A stretch of 64,000 nucleotides of DNA from Ascidiella aspersa (Eukaryota). Within the stretch, counting starts at the first letter, position 1. Every line of letters begins with the position of its first letter. The notes below the pieces were generated by a model, which saw only the letters and a list, made by a program, of their open reading frames with translations, did not search any database and was not told the DNA's origin. Shown one piece after another: positions 47,784 through 60,400 of this stretch. Made by a program: the position numbers and the translations under genes. The DNA lies in contig OZ004607.1 of the NCBI GenBank assembly GCA_963924565.1, forward strand, positions 30,194,001 through 30,258,000, in the 5' to 3' direction.

Positions 47784-50549
47784 TTACATGCTCTGTATTT
47801 GCTCAAAATACTCCCTAAAAACTTCATCACAGCCTGTATTATTACCTGTGAGTATAAACTCCAAGGCTTTATAGCACTTAATAGCAGGTTGCGGATATGA
47901 AAGATTTAAAACAAAATAGGTGGACAGCAATAACAAAAAAGGAAAGTATGGTTTTTCTGAAGAAAGCTCAACTTCTACAAAAGGTATTTTGTCAGAAATT
48001 ATACTGATGGATTTTTTACCGCTATACATATTTACACACATAATATAGGGCTGATTGCAAGCATCAACAAATATCTCACCGTCACTACAAACTTTTAAAA
48101 TGTACTTGTCAACAATGTCCTTTCCCCAAATTCCTGACAGAATCGTAGATGTTGAATTTATTGAAGTTTCGCTAGGCAAGAAGCAATGCTTTTGTGTTCC
48201 CAGTTTGATAAACCCTTCCCATCTTTTGCATGCTTTTTCTTTTAAAGTTGAAACATCAGTGTCCAAGAGCATAGCAAAATCTTCAACAAGCTAAAACACA
48301 TAATTTAAAAGCGTTTTAATTTTCACGATTAACTAAATGAATCTAAGCAAAATAAAAGAGTAAATAGGGTAACCAAGAAAATTCTGTAATTAAAAATAAT
48401 TTTGTTAAAAATGTAAACAACAACTAAATGCAAGAATAGATATGGTTTTACCACTGATGGAGTTTTGTACATCGGATATTGTATTAGCACATTTGATGTG
48501 ATGTTCTCTCCTCGCATTGAAGAAATTTCTTTTAATCTTTTTTGTTTCACAACTTTATTTTCTAGTGAAGTAACATTCTTTCGTTTCTGTGCTTTATTTA
48601 ACCTCATATTTAATTGTTTGTTTGTTCTTAACTCAACATTGTTAGCACGTTTGCGTAGTGCTTCCTCTAGCACAAAAGTTTGCCTTTCTCCACATTGCAG
48701 TACAGGATACTCAAGGCAAAGTTTTCTTGCTATCAATTTTCTTTGGAATTTGGTGGGCTTTTGTTTAAGGTATGCTAAAATTACTTCATATATTTTTTGT
48801 ACTATCCGGATAAAACTGTAATAGTTTTTTGCTGAGCAAAATTGTACTCTATCTCTTTTTAGTGCTTGTATGTACTTCTCCTCTAAAGGAAATGGTGAAG
48901 GAATTCCCCCTGGATAATTTTCAGCATTTTCCTCTTTAAGTAGTGTTGAGGGCGCAATTTGAAATTTTGAAAATGTTTTGGATGGGTGTGGCGTAACTGT
49001 GCATTCACCTACGTCACTGTCAGATAGTCCTTCAAGCTGTGATGAATCAATTGAATTTATCGATGTGGATGTGGATGTGGATGTGGATGTGGATGCTTCA
49101 TCCTCACTCTCTATCTCCAACTAAAATAGGGATATGTTTGAGATAGGTACCCATTAAAATGTGCTGTTCTAAAGCTCTTTGCTTAAAAATATTTTCTGAC
49201 TACAAAACTATTTGAAATAACAAATTTCTGCAATAATGCTGCTGGCTATTTAAATCATGGTGAAGCATTATAAAAACTACATTGCACATTTAAAAGTACC
49301 TCACTAAAGCAACTTGCACTGAAATACCACTAGTGTTAATTGACATGCTGACAGAACAGTGCCTGTAGGTTGCTTAATCATTAAATAAATAGTTGGAATG
49401 TATATTTTTATATAGTTCTTTTATAAAGGATATGCCAATTATTCCAAACACATCAACCACCTAATTAAAATTTATACCAAAGAAACGAAAATAAAAAAGC
49501 ACAAAAAAGTGAGGGTCGGTATGAATAAAGTTTTATGTAAACGGCAAACTGCCTCGCCCCCAAACGACGGTTTCGTTAACACGCAACGCGCCTAAGAAAG
49601 GAGATGCCTTGTGCGGTAATGGACAACGTAGACACGTAAAGCGTGAACTACTATTTTCGTCGCGCAAAGTTGATTTCTGCAGCCAACACGTCGATCGCTA
49701 CAATTCGCCTGATCAACCGCGTCGAATACTAGTTAGGTCATTACAGTATTGCTGTCGCACACAAGCGGAACGTTAAAATGACCAACTGTTGCCTGACAAG
49801 CCTAATATAAAGCGTTTTTTTGACGTAACGTATGTTACCTCCATCGCTGGTGTGCAATTAGCGCTAAAAATGTTGAATTAGTGTTCGTGACTTTTTTTAC
49901 CGAACCAGTCGCTCGCAAAAAAATGTTTCAGTCGATCGCAATCAAAATAAGTTTGCTACACCTCCTGCCTGCTACAGATCTTGAACAAGCGCTCGTTTTG
50001 ATAAGATACTTATGCGTATTGAAAATCGCGGAACAGGACAAATTTATTTTAAACTTTTGGCCTATCAAAAACAGTTACAAATCGGTGTTCGTTTAAAACC
50101 GCCCTTTAGTGTTATCTTGACATTATTTAGCAAAAGCAAAACGGCCAGATAGTTAAAGTTTACGGGATTTTTGGCATATCGTTCATTAGTGCGTTTATAA
50201 AAAAACACATTCGATGGCGAATTAATGTTTTACAAAAACATACCGTTGTATTACTTGTGACAGACTCGACGCTATCGTCAAATGTTTCTTCTTTAAACTC
50301 TTGAAAAAAAAACCATATGTCTTTTCTTTCTCTAAACTTAAATTGGGAAAATTCCGAATTGACATCATCTCTGGTGAGGTTTTTAATGTCATGAATTTCC
50401 ATCTGCATGTCTAAAACGAAAAACATTAAGTATTTTCGTTATATGTTAGAAGTGGTGTAAATTACTAAAGGTATGCACTTACCTTTGATAGCCTGTACAA
50501 CGGCTTCTGAAAAACCAAAATTACTTGCCGATAAATACACCTTTTCCAT
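47784..50549 (-). CDS. CACTA accessory (second) gene, spliced; N-terminal SAM-like region
   Basis: Exons ~50483-50549, 50244-50410, a possible small exon at ~49300-49363, ~48450-49121 and 47784-48290. The C-terminal LLLLSTYFVLNLSYP..ALEFIL motif is typical of the second ORF of animal EnSpm elements. A (GATGTG)n microsatellite encodes STSTST. Confidence 0.7.
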
Positions 50550-50710
50550 TGTGCGTGCTGTTGTCACCAGGTTGTTTTCAAAAGAAAGCTTTGGAAAAAC
50601 ACAAGTTAAAGCTAGGAAGATAGTGTTTGTTACGTCACAGGTTGGATTGTTAAAACTAGTTGCGCATGCGCTAACTATCGGTTCGTTCATTCGTTGTGCT
50701 TTATGATTAA

Positions 50711-53700
50711 ATGGCGAATAACAGTAGAGCTTGGCATACTTGCGATATGTCGAAAAAAACAATATTTTGGTCTTGTGATAAATGCCGCGCTACAGGAATG
50801 TGTTTAAATAGCTATCTGCTTCACTTAGAAAATAAACATAAACGTGGAAGAAAAACGCCTACTGGTTGTATTGTGGATGAATGCTTGTACCAGTTTTATA
50901 AATCAAACACATATTACCGCCATTGCCGAAAGTATCATTACGATTTGCTTCGTTCAAATAACACTTCTAACACAATAAATACCGCCCAAAATCAACAAGA
51001 AACGTTGGTTGAACATCCAGCAGAACCATCGATGTTAGAAGAAACCAACAGCGAAATTACACAGCAGAATCAAGAGTTTGACGAAAATACCGCCGCCATG
51101 TTTATTTTGCAACTTAAAGAATCCCATAAACTTACGCAGGTATTTATATATTTTAGTTAGTGGTAAAAAGTTTCGAGTTTTTCTTACAGATTTACCGTTT
51201 GAGTGGTGTAGTATATCCACCTTCTTTTATTTCCATACATGTGTACGTAAAACAACGAGAGAAAACATTTATTCACTGGCGATTAAACAGCTTAATCTTT
51301 ATTTGACGCCATGTATATTGGGCGAGCTGTGTTGACTTGTGTCAGGTGCAAAGATTTAATCAGCCCTAATGGAACGAGTTTTTCACATTAAAACCAGCCT
51401 TACATCGCACATCGCGATTTTCTCGCCTCTACGAATTATTACGCCATTGTCACGACGTCGTACGTAGTGTGATAGTAACGATCGGTTCACACTAGACGCG
51501 TCTTGCGTGAAGGTAATACGTTTATTAAAAAACGCTTTCGGTTACGGGGATTTGAAATATTTCAACTTTGACGCTTTCGGTAAGAAGCGAGGAAATTTAC
51601 CGTTAACGCTGGCAACGCGTTATGTGTGAACTGGACGACGCTAGCGTTTTGCGCCAGACGCTAGAAGCAAAACGCATATAGTGTGAACCGACCTTAACGT
51701 TGCATTCATACGAGCGAATTATTTGACTGCGGTAAATATTTTTTTCTAACTTGGTGTGCTGCGGGCCATAGTTTGGGGACACCTGGCTTAGTACAATGTG
51801 GCTTTAAAACAAATTCTTGTAAAAATTCATTATGTAATATGTTTTAGGTCGCAGTTGATTCAATTGTTAAAAAAGTGAAGGAGTTATTAAACCTTGGATT
51901 ACGATCGGCTTCAACACATCTTTATCAGATCCTGACCAGAGCTGAAATTTCTGAAGACTACAAGAAGAATATCCTTCAAGAATTCAACTATAAATGTGCT
52001 GGTCCATCATCCTATTTTGATGGTTTGATGACATACTATAAGCAAGATAAATATTATAAAGATAATTTTAGTTTAGTTGAGCCCAAGGAAATTTGTATCG
52101 GCCACTCTAGTGTTGTGGTGAAACAAGAAATTAGACGACAAAGAAAACTAAAATCACACTTTCTATATTATATATCCCTTGAAAGCACCTTAAAAGCACT
52201 GTATGGAAATCAAAGATTTAGAGAATTATTATCAGGTGATGTTTCACAAGGCAATAATAATAATGAAGAACTTATTGACTTTATTGATGGAACTGTATGT
52301 AAAACACACCCAGTGTTTCAAGATTTAAATGCTTTGCGGATAATATTTTACTATGATGACTTAGAGTTGTGTAACCCTTTGGGGAGTCGAACAAGTACCC
52401 ACAAAAAAAAACATGTTTTACTTCAGTATTCTAAATATTCCTGCAGTTTACCGTTCAAAGCTTCAGTCCATCTTTCTCTTAGGCATTGTTCCAACAACAG
52501 ACATAAAAAAATTTGGCATGGATGTCATTTTAGCTAAATTTGTACAGGAGGTTAATGTATTAAGTTCTGTTGGGTTCAATATTGATTGTGATGGGGAAAA
52601 AAAGAATGTCAAGGGTGGTTTGGCTGCAATTGTGGCAGATACGCTTGCTGCCCATCAAATTCTTGGTTTTAAAGAAGGGGTTGGTTTTGCACGACAAAAA
52701 TGCAGAACATGCATGTGCACTTCACCTGAAATTAATAATAAATATAGGGAATCAGAGTTTGAACTCAGAACTATGGAAAAACACACAACAATCCACTGTA
52801 AAAATATTGCTGAAACAACGGTTTTAACAGGCGTAAATAGAAAATCTGTCATTTTGGATATTAATAATTTTGATATTTTTTCCGGCACTCCTCATGATCT
52901 AATGCACATACTTCTTGAAGGATGTTTGCCATACACAATTAAAGCAATGCTTCAGTATTTTTTAAACAAAAAAATACTTCTATTGGACAATTTAAATGCA
53001 AGCATTCAATATTTTGATTACTCTTACCTGGACCAAGCAACAAAACCATCTCAAATTTCTCGGAATCATTTGTTACCATCTGGATGCCTGAGGCAGTCTG
53101 CTTCTCAGATGTGGACATTATCAAGGTTGCTGCCTTTGTTTCTGGGCAATCACATCAATCATACTGATTCTGTTTGGCACTGCTTTATAACACTACTGCA
53201 AATCACAAGTTTTTTACTTACACGGAAAATTTCAAAACCAGGCATTTCTTTTTTAATATTAATGATCGGAAACTATCTTAAATTATTCAAAGACTGTTTT
53301 CCTGATAAAAACATCATTCCTAAGCAGCATTATCTACTGCATCTTCCTGCAAGCACTCTTAAACTTGGCCCAAATATTAATTATTGGACGATGCGCTTTG
53401 AAGCAAAGCACTCTTATTTTAAAAAGCTTGCAAACTGTGCTAACTTTAAGAACGTTTCCAAGTATATGGCTCTCCGACACCAAAAGCATTTTTGTATGGA
53501 ATTGTTGGGAAACTTGAAGTCTTTTTCCAAAGATGTAAAATTTGGCCCCATGTGCCCACTAAATCAAAAACATATACCAGGATTTGAAACACTGTTACCA
53601 ATGTCCTTTGACTTGCAAACTCTTAAGAAATGTAATTGGATAATGGTTGATGGCCAAAAGTTCAAGCCTAATTGTTTTGTTTGTATCGGCTTAAAAAATG

Positions 53701-53933
53701 AATTGCCAGTTTTTGGAAAGGTTCTTACATTACTGTCAAAAGAAGTAAAACCATTTATGTATGTTGCAATTTTTGAAACGATTGGTGTTGAGAATACAAT
53801 AAATGCTTATGTATTAAAGCCAAATGATAAATTTAAACTGATTGCTTTTTCAATGTTGCTTCATGGTGAACCTCTCTCTGCCTACCCATTTATGAGTAAT
53901 ACTGTAATACCTATAAAAACTAACTTACACTGA
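50711..53933 (+). CDS. CACTA/EnSpm transposase with N-terminal C2H2-like zinc fingers; one frameshift at the A9 run 52403-52411
   Basis: Exon 50711-51139 (CDKC..YLLHLENKH, CIVDEC..YYRHCRKYH) splices in frame to 51848-. Motifs: YYDDLELCNPLGS, ADTLAAHQILGFKE..CRTC, HDLMHILLEG, PKQHYLLH, GP...WTMRFEAKHSYFK. Confidence 0.88.
51479..51693. mobile_element. PIF/Harbinger-like MITE nested in the transposase intron
   Basis: Inverted ends gatcggttcacactagacgcg / gcatatagtgtgaaccgacc, flanked by TAA/TTA. Confidence 0.65.
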
Positions 53934-54354
53934 TTTTTGAACTATTTGCTGTTGACTTGTTTGCATAATACAAACATAAGAGCTATATGCAATGTGTAAG
54001 CATAATCTTTTTTAGTCTAAGTAAATGTGACAGACCTTTTTATTAAAATAAATCAATAAAATTGTATTAAATTTTAAAGATTATTCAATTAATAAATCCC
54101 TTTTGTTTTCAGCCTCTTTACAGAGACTTTAAATAAAGCACAATCTAAGTTATACTACTTGAAAAACAAGTTTTGCTCAGATTATGTTAACAGTTAAGCT
54201 TTAGTATAGCTCACAGAAGATTAGTTCCAGGGCATTAGTTAAATGACATACCTTAATAAAATTCCACATACCTTGGCTTTGGCGTATAAGAACTAACTTG
54301 GATTACTTCACCAAGTCACAAATTCCAAGCTTATAATAAGACAATTAAAACCTT

Positions 54355-54765
54355 GGTCTGTCTTGAGCCAGCTACCATCTATTTGGGTTACGTTAAGCCA
54401 ATAATAAATATTGAAGCTTGTCTTGAGCCAATTAGAAATATTGCAACTTGTATTGAGCCGATTAGAAATATCCCAACTCATCTTGAGCCAGCTACTATCT
54501 ATTTGGCTTACATTAAGCCAATAATAAATATTGAAGCTTGTGTTGAGCCAATTAGAAATGTTGCAACTTGTATTGAGCCGATTAGAAATATCCCAACTCA
54601 TCTTGAGCCAGCTACCATCTATTTGGCTTACATTAAGCCAATAATAAATATTGAAGCTTGTCCAGAGCCAATTAGAAATATTGTGGCTTGCTATGAGCCA
54701 ATTAAAAATATAGTGGCTTGTCTTGAGCCATTTCAAAAAAGCTAGGCTAGCCTTGAGCCAGCTAG
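54355..54765 (+). repeat. CACTA subterminal minisatellite: 30-bp monomers arranged in a 120-bp higher-order repeat
   Basis: Lines starting 54361, 54481 and 54601 are near-identical, as are 54421 and 54541. Each 30-mer carries tt(g/a)agcc. Confidence 0.9.
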
Positions 54766-55076
54766 CTCATTAATAGCCATTTTCATAAATTAAACTCCCA
54801 GGCAAAACTAGAATAATTTTGTTTTGGCTTGTTGGTGAGCCAAAACAAAATATATTTTTTAAACTTGACTCATTTTAAGCCAAAATAATGGATTCTGGCA
54901 CAAAATGAGCCAATATTTGAATTTTTGGCTTGTTAGTGAGCCCATATTTTTTGCTGTGTATTTGTAGACAGTTCTTTTTTGCATTACTTTTAAGTAGCCA
55001 ATAAAAAGCCACTAATAAATATAAAAATATTTCACTCGCCCGAAACAAAGGAGTGTGGCTTTAGACAAGTAGCACA

Positions 55077-55277
55077 GGGTAACACTAATTTACGGAATGT
55101 TGAATGGTCGGAACGCTCACAGTATTATTAATAAATATAATAACACTTGACCCACTTTCAAACCCAAAATTTTTGAAACCCAAATATTGTGAGTTGGTTT
55201 AATAATTATTTGAACGGGGTAACACTTAAATTAGTGAGCGTTCCGACCATTCATCATTCCGTAAATTAGTATTACCC
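55077..55277. mobile_element. Small TIR element (Merlin/MULE-like MITE)
   Basis: ~45-bp TIRs gggtaacactaatttacggaatgttgaatggtcggaacgctcac and its reverse complement, with ~9-bp TSD agtagcaca / agtcgcaca. Confidence 0.75.
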
Positions 55278-55749
55278 AGTCGCACATGAGCAGAAGAAGT
55301 CATGATAAACATCTATGGTAAAACATAACCACTTGCACAGCTATACTCGAATGCGAACTTAAGTTTCGAATTTTCCCGGATGTCTAGACAAGGACCGTCT
55401 ACATTTTAAATACCTATTAATTTTTTTCGGAAACCTGTTTGAGGTAACCTTCACCAAATAGCAACCAAAACGCTTAATTGCAAATAACAACCTCATTAAG
55501 TGCTGTGTAAACAAAATAATGTTGCACCTGTGGTCTGTTATGTTTTTGTAATGCTGCGCGTCTAACCTATTGTCACATCTGTTGATACTTCAAGAAGCGC
55601 GATCGGCCCGATCTTTACTGCCATACGTTTCACAGATCAATGGTGGAAATTTTAAACAGGCAATAAATTCCGAAGTACAACAACGAAATTTTGAAAATTG
55701 TTAGGGTGAAAACTCCTATAAACAATTCATAGAAAGCAAATTAAATTAC

Positions 55750-56138
55750 CAAAGTCCCGTTTTCAAGCGCGGGACGCTCAAACGTCATTATCCGCTGCAA
55801 CAAACGTAAATGACGTCACATAAACTACGGGCGCCGGCGTGGTTATCCACTTCGAATGAACGACAGTCCGCGTAATACAAACACCTGAAAATTGTAATAT
55901 TTAACTACTAAATTGCAAATTCCACTGAGTGCATAATAAAATACCCAAACATAAATGCTTTCAATAGAGATAGTTTTTCTGCGGAGGAATATTACCAAGA
56001 TTGTTGCCATTTTTCTAATCGAAATTTCGCTCTCATTAGTTTGAACAACCAACCCGGCACCCGTACTTTTTTCGAGTTGGTGAATGCTACAGAAGTGTGA
56101 TTTTTCACCCGGAAAATTTGCTTCAAAAAGGCAATTTG
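55750..56138. promoter_or_regulatory. Probable CpG-rich bidirectional promoter with non-coding first exons for the two AT-hook paralogs
   Basis: Local CpG enrichment, CRE TGACGTCA at ~55811 and YY1-like GCCATTTT at ~56006. Outward-facing donor sites TTTG|GTAA occur at 55749 (minus) and 56139 (plus). Confidence 0.45.
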
Positions 56139-57402
56139 GTAAGAATTTAATTGTGTTTATTACATCTAAAATATGAATTTAATTTGTATGATTTTTTTGT
56201 ATTTTTATATAATTTTTTCGGAGGTGTTTGCGTTCTAGCTAGTGTTTTTTTATTGCGTGATATCAACTGTGCTGTGAATTGTGTAAAAGTTTCCCGCTAA
56301 ATATTTTTAATTTAAATACTAGAAAGTATTACATTGATGAACACAATAAACAACATATTATTGTTTTTGTAATGCACAATCATTGCGTTTTGCTTTTATT
56401 TATGGCAAGTTTAATACGTGGCCATCTATTTATTTGGCGCTGGTCTCGAATCCTACCACAACGACCATTATTTGGGTTTGGGTAGGTTAAGCAATATTAT
56501 TAAATGGCAAATATAGCATTACTTGACCCGCCCTAACCCATAATATAATATTACTTGACTTACCCGAACCCAGTTATTGTGCGTTGGTTTAATAATTGTT
56601 TCAACGCTGTGGTAGGATTGTAGACCAGCGCCCTTTATTTTAACACACTCTTAAACGGTAAAATTGGGTTTTCAAAACATTACAATCTTTCACTTTATCA
56701 CTACAGCCGATTTACCATCCTCTATAAAAGATATACTCCAAAACAAAAAACTTATTTTAGGTCATTGAATTCTCCCAATTTGGGTTTTTTCACATAAAAT
56801 TTCCAATTATTTTTTTAAAGAACAGCCTATAACTATTACACATTACCTATAGCATTGTCTTATATGATAGTCTTTTGTAATTGTCGTTTGTCAATAACTA
56901 GCCATATAGTTATTTCAGTATACAATCATTTGTTTCAAACTTTGCATGCACATGCACCGGCCATCAAAATTCAAAAACACTGCCTTAAGCAGTGGTTTTC
57001 AACCAGGGTTCCGCGGAACCAAAGTACTGGCCTAAAGAAACTATATGTCTCAAATATTGTTTTACCAAGTAACTATTTTTTTGGTGCTGGTCTAGAATCC
57101 TACCACAACGTTGAAATAATTATTAAGCAATGCACAATATGTGGGTTAGGGTGTCGGCTAGTGTTTGGGTGAGGGTGGGTCAAGTGTTATTATCACCCAA
57201 ACGCTAACCGGCACCCTAACCCAAATAATACGTTGTGGTAGGATTCTAGACCAGCGCCATTTTTTTATTTTATGAACAAATAACATACAATAACTGCATA
57301 TTAGACCTCAAACAGAAATAAAGTGACTAAATAATATTGCAATTGACTGTAATCAACTAATTTTTTTATAAATTCTACATTAAATACAGATTTTTTCTAA
57401 AT

Positions 57403-60400
57403 ATGGCTGCAGAGGCTGAACAAGTCAGTCTCAACACTGATGCTTTGATAGAGGAGGCAGTTGCTGTTGCAGGTAATTACAAAATGTATACATGTACTGT
57501 ATATGGTTCGCTACCTACTAGTTTAAGCCAAAGTATAATCACTAATGTGTGTGTGTGTGTCCAAAGGAGCCAGACTAAAAGTATTTAGAAGTTAATTGAG
57601 GGAATAATACAACACTTAGGGATTTCAATTTAATTATACCACCACACAAACACCAGCCCGTATTTAAATTTGCAATCATTAGTAGGTGCATGCAAACCCT
57701 AGCCATCAAGTAATTTAAAATTTGTAATGCTTCCATTATTTCATTATTATCATCATCTTTGTTACCAGCATGCCACAACATTAAGGTTCACAGGTTTATA
57801 TAGCAAATGTGTTTCAATTTGAACAGACAATGCCCAAGCAGCCGAGTCGGACATAGTTTCAAAAGCCTTCACAAGTGTTGAGGAAGGCAACTCAGAAGTT
57901 CAATATGTGACAATGACGCCAGAAGAAGCAGCTGCTGCTGGTGTCATGGAAGATGAACAGGTGCCCATAATTTTTGCTTTGTAGAATAAATAACTACAGT
58001 ATTTAAGTAAAGTGTTGTATGGCCTAGCACAATCTTCATTGTTAAAGTTAATACATGATTTATCTTCGCGAAAGTTTATTGCAATAAGTGTTTAGTAGTT
58101 ACAGTACTTTAGTTGAAGACATACATATATGTACTAACTCAACGCCCAATAATAAACAAATCTGTTTTTTGTTGATTTTATTTCCACATCTTATCCATTT
58201 TACTTAAATAGCTTGAACATTATATATGTCCCAACTCTAAGCATTTTCCTTTTTGTTAAAGGTTGTAACTACCTCCTTACAATTTGACCCCGCAAACCCT
58301 GATGTTTTATACACTGCCGATGGAACCCCGATTAACCAGTCAGATCTAAGTCCCGAGGAGCAAGCTCTTGTACAAGCGGCACTTCAACAGCATTTGGCAG
58401 AACAGGAGGCAGAACAACAACTTGCTATGATAGACGAGGTTTGCTTGTTAATTTTTTTTCGTCAGTATCTGCTTTTGATAATTTTTGTTGCAAAATGTAT
58501 TTTTGTGTGGTCAGAAAAAGTATGTCCCATTTCCTGTTTTTCTATTAATTTAGTAATAAAAAAGTGGCTATGTAAAACAAATGGTCACACCCTACTTCAT
58601 GTGAAGCTGTATGAAATTAAATTTGTCATTACCTGTTTGAAAAATATTAATTCCTAAATATTCTCCATACAGTATGCTTTACCATATACTACATAGACCT
58701 GTTTTTTGTCCTTACATATTTCAAAGCAGTAACATGCCACATTCTTATCATTAGAATGCAACACAAGAAGGAGAACAGCAAGCAATGGTAACAGAAGCAA
58801 CAGGAATTCCTGCCACAGACCAACCAGCTTCCTCCATTCATGCTTCTGAACCTGTTGCAACAATAAATTCAACAGGTAGGCTCATATTGCTGTGTTGCCA
58901 CTTGCCAGTATCTAGTTACAATGGAAAGTGTGGTTGCGCTAAGTCTTTGTGCTCGGGCATTAATAATTTTGAGTACCAGAGAATAGTCCATTAGACTCAC
59001 CACATAAACAGTTAAGTTTTTATCTATGCTGTATAATCACAAAATATAACAATACAATGCGACTTTGTGAGTCTTTAAAAAAACAAAGATTTGTGGTATG
59101 GGTGTTATTTTTAATGTACATGGTAAAATAGCATTGAAAATAAAACATTGTGCACTTTTTTGCAGATCCTTCAGTGAATTTGGCCTCACCCAACACAAAT
59201 GCATCACAGATTGTTCAAACACTTGCAAATAATGTTAGAAGGCAGCAGGAATACCTCAAAGCTCAGAATTTATTGGTAGGTTTGAGACTTTAGTTTTTAC
59301 ATAATCATAATAATATTATTACTAAAGATACTCAATTTGAGACTAGTAATATTGTTTTAATGTATGGAATTCATATTGTGTTTTTGATTTCTTTAACTGT
59401 ATCATAAATTTTCTTAGAATAAATATGAAATCCAAAATTGTGTGCATCTAAAAATATATCTATAAAGCAACAAAATGCATTACAATGTTGAAACATTATT
59501 AAACACACATAATTCCTAATAACCTACATTCTTCACTTGCATTATGTATAAAATAATACTATATTTTGTTTTCCATTTGATAATAATGCCTAGCTGTTGA
59601 ATTCATATTTTGTTTGTAGGATCAAGCAAAAAAACAAGATGCTGGAGCTGTATACAAGTAGGTTAACTATGTATGAACCAATAAATAAAAATAGTTTAGT
59701 AATTTGGTTTAAAGAATCAGACAGTTAGCTTAAAATGTCCAATTGTGTTGCTTAACCATGATCTGTGATGTGATATTTGTTGTTTTACAGCCGCTTTGAG
59801 GAAAAAATTGTCATCAGACAGGGTCAACCACAAGTTGTCAAAGTGCCAATCAAGTCGAACCCATCACCCAAAAAAGTAAGTCAAACCGGTCATTTTGATT
59901 GGGCTGCAAGAGTGACCAATCCACAGCAACTATGTTTTCCTTTTAGCCGGAAATTCCAGCTGCTCTTGCAAACCTCATGCCGAAGATTGAGGTGGGCAAA
60001 GACGGCAGTCAGGTCATCAGAATCCACCAGTCACAAATCACTGCAGATCAACTCAAATCACTTCAGGTATCTGATTAAAAATTTCAAAACAATCAAACGA
60101 AGTTCATATGTTTTTACTACAATAAATACCGGATGTAGGCTTTCTCCGTAATCAGCCCGGCTCTTTGTAAACTTTACAGGAAAATCCCAACGTTCGCTTG
60201 GTCTTTCGCCCGGCAAACTCTTCACGAGCGCAATCGCGACCCAATATTCCAGGCATGCCTAACAGCGCGGTGAGAAAGCGCGGACGCCCGAGAAAGAACT
60301 TCGCCAGTCCTGCAATCACAAACCACTCGTACGAGCGCGCTATGAACGCGGACGGCAGTCCTCCATCAAAGACCAGGTGCTTTAGACTAAAGACGCTTTT

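Larger units (their letters stand above)
47291..54958. mobile_element. Near-complete CACTA/EnSpm (CMC) DNA transposon, ~7.7 kb, with two divergent genes
   Basis: TIRs cacagcaaaaaatggtggctcgctaacaag / cttgttagtgagcccatattttttgctgtg, 2-bp TSD TA, GAGCCA/AAGCCA-rich subterminal repeats at both ends, and an internal transposase. Confidence 0.92.

Noticed and set aside
54308-54745. 142-aa and 130-aa repetitive ORFs on opposite strands, superficially like repeat proteins or a CRISPR array
   Set aside because: They are by-products of a 30-bp minisatellite in the CACTA subterminal region. The units repeat with no unique spacers and there are no cas genes.
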